Shown in pieces: positions 9,460-18,565 of a DNA stretch of 49,532 nt (positions within the stretch are counted from its first letter, which is position 1; every line of letters begins with the position of its first letter). Origin of the DNA: an uncultured Clostridia bacterium (GTDB taxonomy: Bacteria > Bacillota > Clostridia > TANB77 > CAG-508); contig CANRBK010000002.1 of the NCBI GenBank assembly GCA_947628845.1, positions 1-49,532 on the forward strand, written 5' to 3'. The translations under genes were made by a program, and so were the position numbers. Under the pieces are notes generated by a model, which was not told the DNA's origin, did not search any database, and saw only the letters and a list, made by a program, of their open reading frames with translations.

Positions 9460-9534
9460 AAAAATTTCCTCCTTTGTTTATATATATAATATAAAAATAC
9501 CGCCGGCTTGCATTTTTAATATTACCTAATAATT

Positions 9535-10146
9535 TTAAATATTTTCATATAATTCATATCCATATTTGTTATTTGTTATTTTATATGCAAATCTAGTAAT
9601 CATACATGTTTGTACTAAATATCCAAATATTAATATGTTTGAAATAATACTATTATTTATAACAAGTGATACTATTAAACCTATTACAAAAGAAATATAA
9701 GATAATAATTGTTTTTGTTTTCTAACCTTTTTGCTTATAATTGGTACTTCTTCTGTATCTGCAGGTGCATATAGTTTTATCATAATGATTCCAAAAATTC
9801 CTATTGCAAAAACTAAAAAATATTTTATAACATCATCTAATATTATATTTTTTGATAATAATGCTGTTCCACAATAAAATGTACATGTTGATATTATGCA
9901 TCCTATATGTGTTTTTAGATGAAAACCACCAGAAAATGTTCTATATGGAAGTAATATTAAAAATGTAATTAAACTTAATTTAAATACTCCTAATATATAA
10001 GCAATTCCTAACATAATAAAAATTTTTGGTACTTCTCCTAAAAGAATCTGTAAACCATAATTTATTACTTCAGCTCTTTCATCATCTACATCTGGCATTT
10101 CTTTTCTAATTTTATTGGTTAGTGATTCAGTGATTTTATCTATCAT
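9535..10146 (-). CDS. agrB: Accessory gene regulator B (AgrD-processing membrane peptidase)
   Basis: 203 aa and polytopic. The stretch YRTFSGGFHLKTHIGCIISTC carries the conserved His/Cys pair of AgrB. Confidence 0.85.
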   Translation of the reverse strand: MIDKITESLTNKIRKEMPDVDDERAEVINYGLQILLGEVPKIFIMLGIAYILGVFKLSLITFLILLPYRTFSGGFHLKTHIGCIISTCTFYCGTALLSKNIILDDVIKYFLVFAIGIFGIIMIKLYAPADTEEVPIISKKVRKQKQLLSYISFVIGLIVSLVINNSIISNILIFGYLVQTCMITRFAYKITNNKYGYELYENI

Positions 10147-10306
10147 TTTCTCACCCCACTTTTCTTTTGTTTAACTCAGTTTAACATTATTTTTTAGTTA
10201 AAATTTTTTCTTTTCATAAAAAATATTTTTTGTTTTACATTTATTATATTTCTTATTTTTGTAAAACTTTAAAGTCTTTTCATAAAACAATAATAATATT
10301 ATAAAA

Positions 10307-10338
10307 GTGAGGAGATAATTAAAAAAATATCTCCTCAC
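10307..10338 (-). terminator. Stem-loop overlapping the rluA-family stop codon (terminator separating it from the agrBD promoter region)
   Basis: GTGAGGAGATA...TATCTCCTCAC is a perfect 11-bp inverted repeat, followed on the minus strand by a T-rich tract. Confidence 0.55.
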
Positions 10339-11023
10339 TTTTATAAATATCTTTTAAAATACACCATGTACCTACAAATTCTGGTAAATCTTTAAATGTT
10401 AGTCTTTCTTTAGATATTGGATGCTCTATTGTTAATTCATACGCCCATAGAGCAATTTGTTTACCTTTTCCTCTAGCTCCGTATTTTTGATCTCCAAATA
10501 TACTATGCCCAAAATTTGCAAGTTGGACACGTATTTGATGATGCCTTCCTGTATGCAAATTTATCTTTAATAAACTTAAATTTTTTAACTCATTATATGT
10601 TATAACTTCATAATCCAATTTTGCAATTTTAGCATTTTTCTTTTCTTTGCTTACCACTCTGCTTATATTATTTCTTTCATCTTTATATAAATAATCTTCT
10701 AAAGTTCCCTTTATTTTATTTATTTTTCCATCTACAACTGCTAAATATTTCTTTTTAAACACTTTATCTCTTACTTGTTCACTTAATCTTCCAGCTGCTT
10801 TGGAAGTTTTTGCAAATATCATTACTCCACCAACTGGTCTATCTAGTCTGTGTACTAAGCCTAAATACACATTTCCAGGTTTGTTATATTTTTCTTTTAT
10901 ATATTGTTTAACAAGTGTAAACATATCAATATCACCAGTTTTATCTGATTGTGATGGAACATTTGGTATTTTTTCTACTACTATTATGTGATTATCTTCA
11001 TATATTACTTTTAAATTATGCAT
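10319..11023 (-). CDS. RluA-family RNA pseudouridine synthase
   Basis: The HRLDRPVGGVM catalytic-Asp motif and the HQIRVQL motif are present. 234 aa with no S4 domain. Confidence 0.8.
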   Translation of the reverse strand: MHNLKVIYEDNHIIVVEKIPNVPSQSDKTGDIDMFTLVKQYIKEKYNKPGNVYLGLVHRLDRPVGGVMIFAKTSKAAGRLSEQVRDKVFKKKYLAVVDGKINKIKGTLEDYLYKDERNNISRVVSKEKKNAKIAKLDYEVITYNELKNLSLLKINLHTGRHHQIRVQLANFGHSIFGDQKYGARGKGKQIALWAYELTIEHPISKERLTFKDLPEFVGTWCILKDIYKSEEIFF

Positions 11024-11938
11024 TTATTTCTCCCATCTTCCATAAATTCCACATGGTAAAACAAGTTTTGAATTTTCCATTGGAATTCCTATTTCTCCTG
11101 ACTCTAATTTTCCTTTATATTTTTTGCTAATTGTTAAATTTAAAATATCTTCTAATACTTTACTTGATATTCCGGTAGTATATGAATTTATTAAGAAAAA
11201 TAATGGATTATCTGATAATACTTTTGTACATAAATCCACTAAATCATATATATTATTTTCAAATTGCCACACTTCTCCTTTTGCTCCTCTACCATATGAT
11301 GGTGGATCCATTATTATTGCATCATATTTATTTTTTCTTCTTATTTCTCTATTTACAAATTTTACAACATCGTCCACTATAAATCTTACTGGTCGATTTT
11401 GTAAGCCTGAACTTTCTATATTTTCTTTAGCCCATGTGGTCATACCTTTTGAACTATCTACATGACATACTGATGCACCTGCATAACTACATGCAACTGT
11501 TGCTCCTCCTGTATATGCAAATAAATTTAAAACTTTTATCTCTCTTTTTTCAGATTTTATTTTATTTATCATCCAATCCCAATTAACAGCTTGTTCAGGA
11601 AATAATCCTGTATGTTTAAATCCCATTGGTTTTATATTAAATGTTAAATCTTTATATCTTATTTGCCATTGCTTTGGAATCTTTTTATTAAATTCCCATG
11701 ATCCACCACCAGAACTACTTCTGTGGTAAGTTGCATTTATTTCTTTCCATTTTTTGGGGAAACTTTTTTCTTTCCATATTATTTGTGGATCTGGTCTTGA
11801 AAGTATGACATCTCCCCATTTTTCTAATTTTTGTCCATCTGCCATATCTAAAATTTTATAATCTTTCCATTCATTTGCTAAATTCATAATTTTTAAATAG
11901 CTAAAATAGCCACTATCCTCCTCTTTTCTGAATAGCAA
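11024..11938 (-). CDS. Class I SAM-dependent methyltransferase (RlmI/PF10672-like, probable rRNA MTase)
   Basis: LNLFAYTGGATVA (motif I) and IIMDPPSYGRG (motif IV). It abuts the rluA-family start. The true start is uncertain: TTG at 11938 or ATG at 11887. Confidence 0.65.
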   Translation of the reverse strand: MLFRKEEDSGYFSYLKIMNLANEWKDYKILDMADGQKLEKWGDVILSRPDPQIIWKEKSFPKKWKEINATYHRSSSGGGSWEFNKKIPKQWQIRYKDLTFNIKPMGFKHTGLFPEQAVNWDWMINKIKSEKREIKVLNLFAYTGGATVACSYAGASVCHVDSSKGMTTWAKENIESSGLQNRPVRFIVDDVVKFVNREIRRKNKYDAIIMDPPSYGRGAKGEVWQFENNIYDLVDLCTKVLSDNPLFFLINSYTTGISSKVLEDILNLTISKKYKGKLESGEIGIPMENSKLVLPCGIYGRWEK

Positions 11939-11974
11939 TATTTTAACATATTTCTTTGATTTTTTAAAGTATTA

Positions 11975-12172
11975 TTAAATATTTTCTAAAATAATCATAA
12001 ATTTATATATTAAACAAAAATTTAATATAGATAAGGCAAAAAAGCTAATAAAAGCAATAGATATAAATTTATTTTTTTGTATCAAATTTAATACTTTTTT
12101 TATTTTTTTCTGTTTATATATTTGTAGCCTGTCCAATTTTGTATTATATCTAATATTAAATATATTTTCCAT
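11975..12172 (-). CDS. Small hypothetical membrane protein (65 aa)
   Basis: GGGGAGGA RBS, a basic N-terminal half and one C-terminal TM helix. Confidence 0.35.
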   Translation of the reverse strand: MENIFNIRYNTKLDRLQIYKQKKIKKVLNLIQKNKFISIAFISFFALSILNFCLIYKFMIILENI

Positions 12173-12251
12173 AAAATCCTCCCCATTTTATAATTGTTAT
12201 ATTATATATATTCATGGTTTTAAAAAAATATTCCAAATATAAATATTTTTA

Positions 12252-12280
12252 TTGTTAAAATTTTCAATTCATGGTATAAT
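12252..12280 (+). promoter_or_regulatory. Candidate sigma-A promoter
   Basis: TTGTTA (12252-12257), a 17-nt spacer, then TATAAT (12275-12280), upstream of the small ORF and the GT39-like gene. Confidence 0.45.
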
Positions 12281-12324
12281 GTGTTTGACACTTATTGTAT
12301 GCATAAAGTATGGAGGAAACTTAT

Positions 12325-12495
12325 ATGAAGAAAAAAATTTTTTTTATTGTAGTTATCCTTATTTTTGCGCCTTTTGCATATAAGGCACAGGTTCGGAGAA
12401 ATTTAAGACGTTGTCCTATAGGATCTATGTTATTTTTTCGACCAAATGGTTCTTTCGTAAATGTTAGAACTATTATTAAAGAGCCAGGCAAGTAA
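12325..12495 (+). CDS. Small ORF (56 aa) with a signal-peptide-like N-terminus; a possible leader peptide
   Basis: GGAGGA lies 7 nt before ATG 12325. It reads MKKKIFFIVVILIFAPFAYKAQVRRNLRRCP... and contains an in-frame GTT CGG A at 12391-12397. A 7-bp hairpin GAGCCAG/CTGGCTC (12481-12504) spans its stop. Confidence 0.3.
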   Translation: MKKKIFFIVVILIFAPFAYKAQVRRNLRRCPIGSMLFFRPNGSFVNVRTIIKEPGK

Positions 12496-12538
12496 TTCTG
12501 GCTCTTTAAATAATAAAATTTGGAAAGGTAATATTAAT

Positions 12539-14098
12539 ATGTTAAAAAATAAAGAAAATTTAAAAAATATCATAATAATAATTTTAATTATTCTAATGGC
12601 TGGAATCATATTTTTATATCAAACTAGAAAAATTGGTTTTCATGAAGATGAAATGTATACAATAGCATCTTCTGTAAATCCTTACAATGGATTAATGACA
12701 ACTTATGACGAAAATAATAATTTAAAATGGTTCTCAAATAAAGATGTTAAAGATTATATAACATTATCTGTTGATAATTATCTCAATTTAAAATCTGTAT
12801 ATGTAAATCAGTCTTATGATAATCATCCGCCATTTTTTTATACATTAGTGCATTTTTCTAGTATATTATTCTCTGGAGAATTTACTAAATATAATGTTTT
12901 TGTTGTAAATATAATTGCCTTTATTTTAAGTTGTTTTGTTATTAAGAAAATATTAAAAGTATTAGATAAAGAACATTTAACAATCCCTACTTTAATATTT
13001 TATGGACTTTCAATGGGAACAATTTCTATGGTAATTTTCCAAAGAATGTATATGTTATTGACCTTTTTTATATTGCTTTATTTTTATTATACTTTGCGAT
13101 TATATAAAAATGAATTCAACTTAACAAAAGAATTGAATATAAAGCTGGGAGTTACTACAGTCCTTGGATTTCTTACACAATATTTCTTTGCTATTTATGC
13201 ATTTTTTATATTTGTAATTATGATTATTAAAATGATTAAAGATAAAAAATATCAAACTATTAAGAAATATGTAGTTTTTCATATTTTATATGCAATTATT
13301 GGAATCCTTTTATTTGTGCCATGCATACGACATTTATTGTTCACAGATAGAGGAATTAAAAATTTAGGAAATTCAGGCTATTTTTCTCATTTGATGATTT
13401 ATATTAAACATTTAGCATATGCTTTTACAATAAAAAATATATTACCTACAATTTTTACAATATTAGGCTTATTCTTTATTGGAGTAGTATATTTATATAA
13501 ATTTGGAAAAGAAAAGTTTATTGTAGTATTAAGTATTGTTCCTAGTGTATTCTACTTTTTTATAGTAGTTAAAATGACATCTTTCCAAGAATTAAGATAT
13601 ATAATGCCTGTTATTCCTTTTGTATGTATTACTTTATTTTTAATTTTGGATTATTTATTAAATATAAAATATAAAAATGTGATTTTAACTATTATAGCTA
13701 TATTATTAGTTTTAAATGGTATTGTATTTTCTAGTCCAAAATTTTTATATGAAGATTATAAAGAATATATAGATATTGCTGAAAATAATAAAGAAAAATC
13801 TTTTGTTTATATTTACGATAATTTCTTTAATCATATGCAAAGTTTACCTGAAATGATGATTTATAATAAAACATTGATAGTTAATGTTAATAATGATGAA
13901 TTAAAATATGTTATAGATGATGAAGATTTAAATAGTCAAGAGTCATATATTTTATGTATAAAATCATATATGGATAATGAACAAATTTTAAATGAAATAA
14001 AAGAAAAAACTGATTTTGATAATATTACTGAATTGCACAAAGTTGATGGTTCATCAACTGAAATGATAAGTAATAATTTATATCTAATTTCAAAATAA
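12539..14098 (+). CDS. Polytopic membrane glycosyltransferase, ArnT/PMT (GT39/GT83)-like
   Basis: About 12 hydrophobic helices. An early loop motif FHEDEMYT (the DE-type motif of GT-C enzymes) is present, along with a soluble C-terminal domain. I preferred the start at ATG 12539 over the track start at 12461. Confidence 0.5.
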   Translation: MLKNKENLKNIIIIILIILMAGIIFLYQTRKIGFHEDEMYTIASSVNPYNGLMTTYDENNNLKWFSNKDVKDYITLSVDNYLNLKSVYVNQSYDNHPPFFYTLVHFSSILFSGEFTKYNVFVVNIIAFILSCFVIKKILKVLDKEHLTIPTLIFYGLSMGTISMVIFQRMYMLLTFFILLYFYYTLRLYKNEFNLTKELNIKLGVTTVLGFLTQYFFAIYAFFIFVIMIIKMIKDKKYQTIKKYVVFHILYAIIGILLFVPCIRHLLFTDRGIKNLGNSGYFSHLMIYIKHLAYAFTIKNILPTIFTILGLFFIGVVYLYKFGKEKFIVVLSIVPSVFYFFIVVKMTSFQELRYIMPVIPFVCITLFLILDYLLNIKYKNVILTIIAILLVLNGIVFSSPKFLYEDYKEYIDIAENNKEKSFVYIYDNFFNHMQSLPEMMIYNKTLIVNVNNDELKYVIDDEDLNSQESYILCIKSYMDNEQILNEIKEKTDFDNITELHKVDGSSTEMISNNLYLISK

Positions 14099-14101
14099 AA
14101 G

Positions 14102-14145
14102 GGAAGGTTCTTAAATCTCGCTAGGAGGAATTTTAAGAACCTTCC
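14102..14145. terminator. Bidirectional terminator between the convergent GT39-like gene and uvrC
   Basis: GGAAGGTTCTTAAA...TTTAAGAACCTTCC is a 14-bp inverted repeat. Confidence 0.7.
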
Positions 14146-14152
14146 TTTGTTT

Positions 14153-15934
14153 CTATTTCATTATTTGTTCTGCTATTTTTTCTGTTATTCCTTTTACCTG
14201 CATCAATTCTTCTTTTGATGCTTGTTTTATTTTCTCAATATTACCAAAATGTTTTAAAAGTGCTTTCTTTCTTGCTTCGCCTATTCCTTTAATCTCATCA
14301 AGTTCGGATTTTGTAATAGCTTTTTCTCTAAGTTTTCTATGATAATTTATTGCTGTATCATGCACAGCATCTTGGAACTTAGTAATTAAATTCATTAAAT
14401 TTTCAGATATTTGTATTTCCTTTCTGTTTTCATCTATTAACGCTCTTGTTTGGTGTTTATCATTTTTTACCATCCCAAATACTTTTATATCTAAATTTTC
14501 ATACTTATCAATAGCATTTTTTATTGCTCTAATCTGAGTTATTCCTCCATCTGCGAAAATTACATCTGGTAATTTTCCAAATCCTGAATCTTCTTTATTT
14601 ATTGAATGTGCTAATCTTCTTGTTACAACTTCTTCCATACATTTAGGGTCATCTTGTGTAAGTACTGTTTTTATTTTAAATCTTCTTGATAAATTTTTCT
14701 TTATCACTCCATCTTGCATTACACACATTCCGGCTACCATAAATTCTCCTGAGATATTTGATATATCATATGTTTCTATTTTTCTTGGTAGTTTATCCAT
14801 TTGTAATACTTCTTTTAATTCCATTAATATTTCTGACTTATCTTTTTCTTTATTTTCTAATGTAACTTTTGCGTTATTTTCTGCCATTTCAACAAATCTT
14901 AACTTTTCACCTTTTTTTGGACTCTTTAATTCCACTTTTTTTCCTAAAATTGTGGATAACCATTCTTCTAAAACTTGTTTTTCAGGTAATTCTTCTCTTA
15001 ACATTATTTTACTTGGTATGTTTGGATTATCTAAATAGTATTGTTTAATAAATCCTGATAAAATTTCACTATTTTCCATATCTTTTAATTCATTGAAAAA
15101 GTAATGTTCTCGTCCTATCATTTTACTACCACGAACAAAAAATATTTCTATACATACTTCTATTTCTGATTTATACATACCTATTACATCTATGTTATTT
15201 TCAGATATATTTGAAACTTTTTGCTTTGATGATGCTCTTTCTATTGCAATTTTTCTATCTCTTAGTTCTGCTGCTTTTTCAAAATCTAAATTTTGAGCTG
15301 CCTCTTTCATTTGTTTGTCTAGTTCTTTTGTAATTTTTTCTGTTCTTCCTTCTAATAAATCTATAATTTCATCTATTTGTTTTCTATATTCCTCTGGTGT
15401 TACATATCCTACACATGGTGCTAAACATCTTTTTATATGGTAATTTAGACACGCTCTTGTAGTTGATTTAAAGTTTTTACATTGACGTATTTTATATTTT
15501 TTCTTTATGAAGTCTAACATTTCTTTTGCAGCACCTGGATTTGCATATGGTCCAAAATATTTTGCTCCATCATTTATTAATCTCCTAGTTATACATACAT
15601 TTGGATATTCTGATTTTACATCTATTTTAATATATGGATATGTTTTGTCATCTTTTAATAAAACATTAAATTTTGGTCTATTCTTTTTTATGAGATTGCA
15701 TTCTAATATTAATGCTTCTGCTTCGTTATCAACAACAATATATTCAAAATGATCAATTAAACTGACCATCTTTTTTATTCTTTCAGTCTTATTTGTTTTT
15801 CTAAAATATGACCTTACTCTATTTTTTAATGAAACTGCTTTTCCTACATAAATAATATTATCGTCTTTATCCCTCATAATATATACTCCAGGCTTTCCTG
15901 GAAGTTTTTTTAATTCTTCTTCAATATTAAACAT
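14153..15934 (-). CDS. uvrC: Excinuclease ABC subunit C
   Basis: GIY-YIG N-terminus (PGVYIMRDKDDNIIYVGKA), a UVR domain (FEKAAELRD) and a C-terminal HhH (GIGEARKKALLKHFG). Confidence 0.95.
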   Translation of the reverse strand: MFNIEEELKKLPGKPGVYIMRDKDDNIIYVGKAVSLKNRVRSYFRKTNKTERIKKMVSLIDHFEYIVVDNEAEALILECNLIKKNRPKFNVLLKDDKTYPYIKIDVKSEYPNVCITRRLINDGAKYFGPYANPGAAKEMLDFIKKKYKIRQCKNFKSTTRACLNYHIKRCLAPCVGYVTPEEYRKQIDEIIDLLEGRTEKITKELDKQMKEAAQNLDFEKAAELRDRKIAIERASSKQKVSNISENNIDVIGMYKSEIEVCIEIFFVRGSKMIGREHYFFNELKDMENSEILSGFIKQYYLDNPNIPSKIMLREELPEKQVLEEWLSTILGKKVELKSPKKGEKLRFVEMAENNAKVTLENKEKDKSEILMELKEVLQMDKLPRKIETYDISNISGEFMVAGMCVMQDGVIKKNLSRRFKIKTVLTQDDPKCMEEVVTRRLAHSINKEDSGFGKLPDVIFADGGITQIRAIKNAIDKYENLDIKVFGMVKNDKHQTRALIDENRKEIQISENLMNLITKFQDAVHDTAINYHRKLREKAITKSELDEIKGIGEARKKALLKHFGNIEKIKQASKEELMQVKGITEKIAEQIMK

Positions 15935-15943
15935 ATCTACCTC

Positions 15944-16456
15944 TTATTCAATATATCCTATATATGGCAAATTCCTTAATTTTTGGTCATAATCTAAGCC
16001 ATATCCCACTACAAATTTATCTTCAATTTTGAAGCCTATATAATCAACATTAAGTTCTATTACCCTTCTTGATGGTTTACTCAACAAAGTCGCTATTTTT
16101 ATACTATTAGCTCCTTTTTCTTGTAAGTGCTTTAATAAAAAATCAATTGTTTTTCCTGTATCTACTATGTCTTCTACTATTATTACATCTTTTCCTTCTA
16201 TACTATTTTTTATATCTTTATGTAATGATATTGTTCCCGTACTTTCTGTTCCTTTATAACTAGATACCTCAATAAATTCGAATATTATATCATTTTTTAT
16301 TCTTTTTGATAATTCCCACATAAATGGCACTGAACCTTTTAATATACCTAAAAATACTATTTCTTTTCCTTCATAGTCTTTTTCAATTTCTTTTGCCATT
16401 TCATCTATTCTCTTTTCTATCCTAGCTTTATTTATTAATACATTTATATTTTCCAT
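15944..16456 (-). CDS. hpt: Hypoxanthine phosphoribosyltransferase
   Basis: VIIVEDIVDTGKT PRPP-binding motif; 170 aa. Confidence 0.9.
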   Translation of the reverse strand: MENINVLINKARIEKRIDEMAKEIEKDYEGKEIVFLGILKGSVPFMWELSKRIKNDIIFEFIEVSSYKGTESTGTISLHKDIKNSIEGKDVIIVEDIVDTGKTIDFLLKHLQEKGANSIKIATLLSKPSRRVIELNVDYIGFKIEDKFVVGYGLDYDQKLRNLPYIGYIE

Positions 16457-16544
16457 TTATTTATCCCCCTTATTATTATACAATATCTTTAACTATAAAA
16501 TCAATTATTTAAGTCATAATTAACTCATTTCTATAATAAGGAAA

Positions 16545-16569
16545 ATGAGAGCTACAAAAAGTAGCTCTC
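16545..16569. terminator. Stem-loop immediately downstream of the 356-aa island gene
   Basis: TGAGAGCTAC-AAAAA-GTAGCTCTCA is a 10-bp inverted repeat with T-rich flanks on both strands. Confidence 0.6.
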
Positions 16570-16575
16570 ACATTT

Positions 16576-17646
16576 TTAGAAAAAATTGTACCTATTTCTT
16601 ATTTCACCTAAATATATTACATTTGCATCAATGCACTGTTCAATGTGCTCTGCTACCCACTTGGCTGTCTCATCACTTGTTTCACCATTTGCAAAATATA
16701 TGTGCATCAATTTGTCTGGTAAACAAGTTATTTCATCTTTCAGTCTTAGCTCAAACTCCACACCGGTGCAGTCCTGCGGAGTAAAAATAACATCATATAA
16801 TTTTCGGATTGCCTTTACATCTGCTTGTTCAAATGCATTCCATATTTCTGATTTGAATGTTGATATTGCATCATTCTCATCTTTTTCGGATTTGCTATTG
16901 ATGTATGCAGTAATCCTTGTTTTTCTAATGCAATTCTCATATTCCTTTTTGATGTAAAATTGTAACAATGTTAGAATTTTAGATTTCAGTGAGCCAATTC
17001 CCCGCTCGTATTCGCCAAAATCGCACTCTTCTTTTTCAAAATCAAGCTTGATTTCATAAACCGGCTCGATGAAGTCCATCATCTTTGAATTTTTCACTCC
17101 TATGGTCTTTCGAATCCTGCCAAGAATGAAGCAGTCATTTTCCGGTTTAGAAAACCTTTTATCGATAGAGAAAAACCATATAAGTGGTCTATCTAACGAA
17201 TACTTGTAGGCAGATGAATAAACCCCGTTTGGCACACATAAAGATAATCTGTCCTTCTTATGGTCATAAAAGTATAGTCTTATTTCCTCCTTTTTCTTTT
17301 TGCAGTAATCTTTTTTTGCTTTTTGGAGCATTCTGTTAAACTGCTTGTTCCACTCCTCTCCTAAAGATGTATTGATTTCTTGTGTTCGTTCTGTTACAAA
17401 TAAAGAATAACAACTGCTGTGTTTTTCACTTTCCAATAACCACTGAGAATCTTCTGAAACATATACTAGATTGAAGTCTGAATCTTCTCCTTCATCTACT
17501 TTAAGTATCTCTCCATCTGATTCATAATTAGGAGCTGTCTCATCTTTTAAACAAAGAGTTACATCTTCCCGGAAGTTTGGCTTGAAAATAATCCATACAT
17601 CAACTCCATTGATTTCTTCATTGTAAGAATAAATATTTTCGTGCAT
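16576..17646 (-). CDS. Hypothetical protein (356 aa) in a compositionally atypical insertion
   Basis: AAAGGAGGAAAAAT-ATG start. The region is visibly more GC-rich than its flanks. It uses CGG (Arg) in frame twice and CCG several times. I recognise no catalytic motif. Confidence 0.6.
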   Translation of the reverse strand: MHENIYSYNEEINGVDVWIIFKPNFREDVTLCLKDETAPNYESDGEILKVDEGEDSDFNLVYVSEDSQWLLESEKHSSCYSLFVTERTQEINTSLGEEWNKQFNRMLQKAKKDYCKKKKEEIRLYFYDHKKDRLSLCVPNGVYSSAYKYSLDRPLIWFFSIDKRFSKPENDCFILGRIRKTIGVKNSKMMDFIEPVYEIKLDFEKEECDFGEYERGIGSLKSKILTLLQFYIKKEYENCIRKTRITAYINSKSEKDENDAISTFKSEIWNAFEQADVKAIRKLYDVIFTPQDCTGVEFELRLKDEITCLPDKLMHIYFANGETSDETAKWVAEHIEQCIDANVIYLGEIRNRYNFF

Positions 17647-17851
17647 ATTTTTCCTCCTTTTGCTATGCTCTTAGTTTTAATAGGTACTTAGGAAGATATA
17701 TCTTCCTAATAATGCTAAATCTAGCTTTATTATATCATTTTTTCTATTTTATGTCAATTAACTAAAACTATAGACATTTATGTAAAATTATGATATAATG
17801 CAAAAAAATTTAATATTGATTTTTCCAAAATAGCATAAGGAGGATTGCATT

Positions 17852-18226
17852 ATGAACAAAGAATTACGGAAAATGCGAGATGAAGTAAATAAGTATGTGG
17901 TACTATTTGCAGAACATCCAGAAAAGGTAAAGGACAACTTCAAAGATATAGTTTTAGATGTTAACTCATTAAGAGATATGCTTTCTTCATATCTTGATAA
18001 AACATGTAAAATTTTTCAAGTCTGGTGTGATACAAGTGTTGAAATCTTCAATTCTAATGACAACAACATTTTTTTGCGATTAAAAAAAGCAATCAGCATG
18101 GTTGTAGTAAATCATTACTTAAATAAGCTTAGTTATGAAATGTCTGTCGTTGGTATTTTAGAAGAAAATCTTAATGTTCTATCAAAGAGACTTGAGCAAA
18201 TCTCTGTACTTACACACATCTCATAG
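17852..18226 (+). CDS. Hypothetical protein (124 aa, probably helical), divergent partner of the 356-aa gene
   Basis: TAAGGAGGA RBS. It carries an in-frame CGG at codon 6 and is followed by a clean terminator. Confidence 0.55.
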   Translation: MNKELRKMRDEVNKYVVLFAEHPEKVKDNFKDIVLDVNSLRDMLSSYLDKTCKIFQVWCDTSVEIFNSNDNNIFLRLKKAISMVVVNHYLNKLSYEMSVVGILEENLNVLSKRLEQISVLTHIS

Positions 18227-18247
18227 GAACCTGAACTTTAGGTTCCT
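18225..18247 (+). terminator. Rho-independent terminator
   Basis: AGGAACCT-GAACTTT-AGGTTCCT followed by TTCTTTTT. Confidence 0.7.
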
Positions 18248-18381
18248 TTCTTTTTATATTGTAGGAAAGTTCTATTTTATGGATTTTTAAAAAAAACTTG
18301 CACGAAATATATATTTAGTGTAATATAATACCATAAGTTTTGAAAGTTGCATAAATTTTTTAGAAGAAAGGAGTATATTTT

Positions 18382-18540
18382 AAGCGCCAGGACCATTTTG
18401 GTTGACGAGGTCTAGAGTTATCGAAATATTCGGCGGATGCTCTAGTGGCTTTTACTTAAGGTCATTATTATTATTTAAAAACTAATAGAAATATTAAAAC
18501 AGAAAATAATAAGTTTAAGTTTTGCAAACTTTCAATTCCA
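18382..18540 (+). ncRNA. glmS ribozyme: glmS ribozyme (GlcN6P-activated self-cleaving riboswitch); the 3' boundary is approximate
   Basis: A-AGCGCCAGGACC...GGUUGACGAGGUCUAGAGUUAUCGAAAUAUUCGGCGGAUGCUCUAG matches the conserved glmS core (AGCGCC cleavage-site helix, GACGAGG, UUAUCGAA, UUCGGCGGAUGC). It lies directly 5' of glmS. Confidence 0.9.
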
Positions 18541-18565
18541 AATTTAATTTAGAGGAGGATTTACT

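Noticed and set aside
9460-9534. GC-rich CCGCCGGC tract between agrB and agrD, considered as a hairpin or attenuator
   Set aside because: It is a short palindrome with no room for a loop and no flanking T-run. It is probably incidental.
10147-10318. Repeats upstream of agrB considered as LytTR (AgrA-type) boxes. These are TCTTTTCATAAAA at 10209-10221 and 10275-10287; GTTTAAC copies at about 10170-10187 with an inverted AGTTAAA at about 10196; and TGTAAA pairs about 20 bp apart at 7033 and 7053 upstream of the regulator.
   Set aside because: Spacings (66 bp, 10 bp) do not match the 9-bp repeats with a 12-bp spacer known for AgrA. Short A/T-rich words recur by chance in this composition, so this cannot be supported without footprinting or comparative data.
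12461-12538. N-terminal extension of the glycosyltransferase ORF (track start at 12461)
   Set aside because: The extension overlaps the small upstream ORF and the hairpin. The hydrophobic membrane protein starts naturally at ATG 12539.
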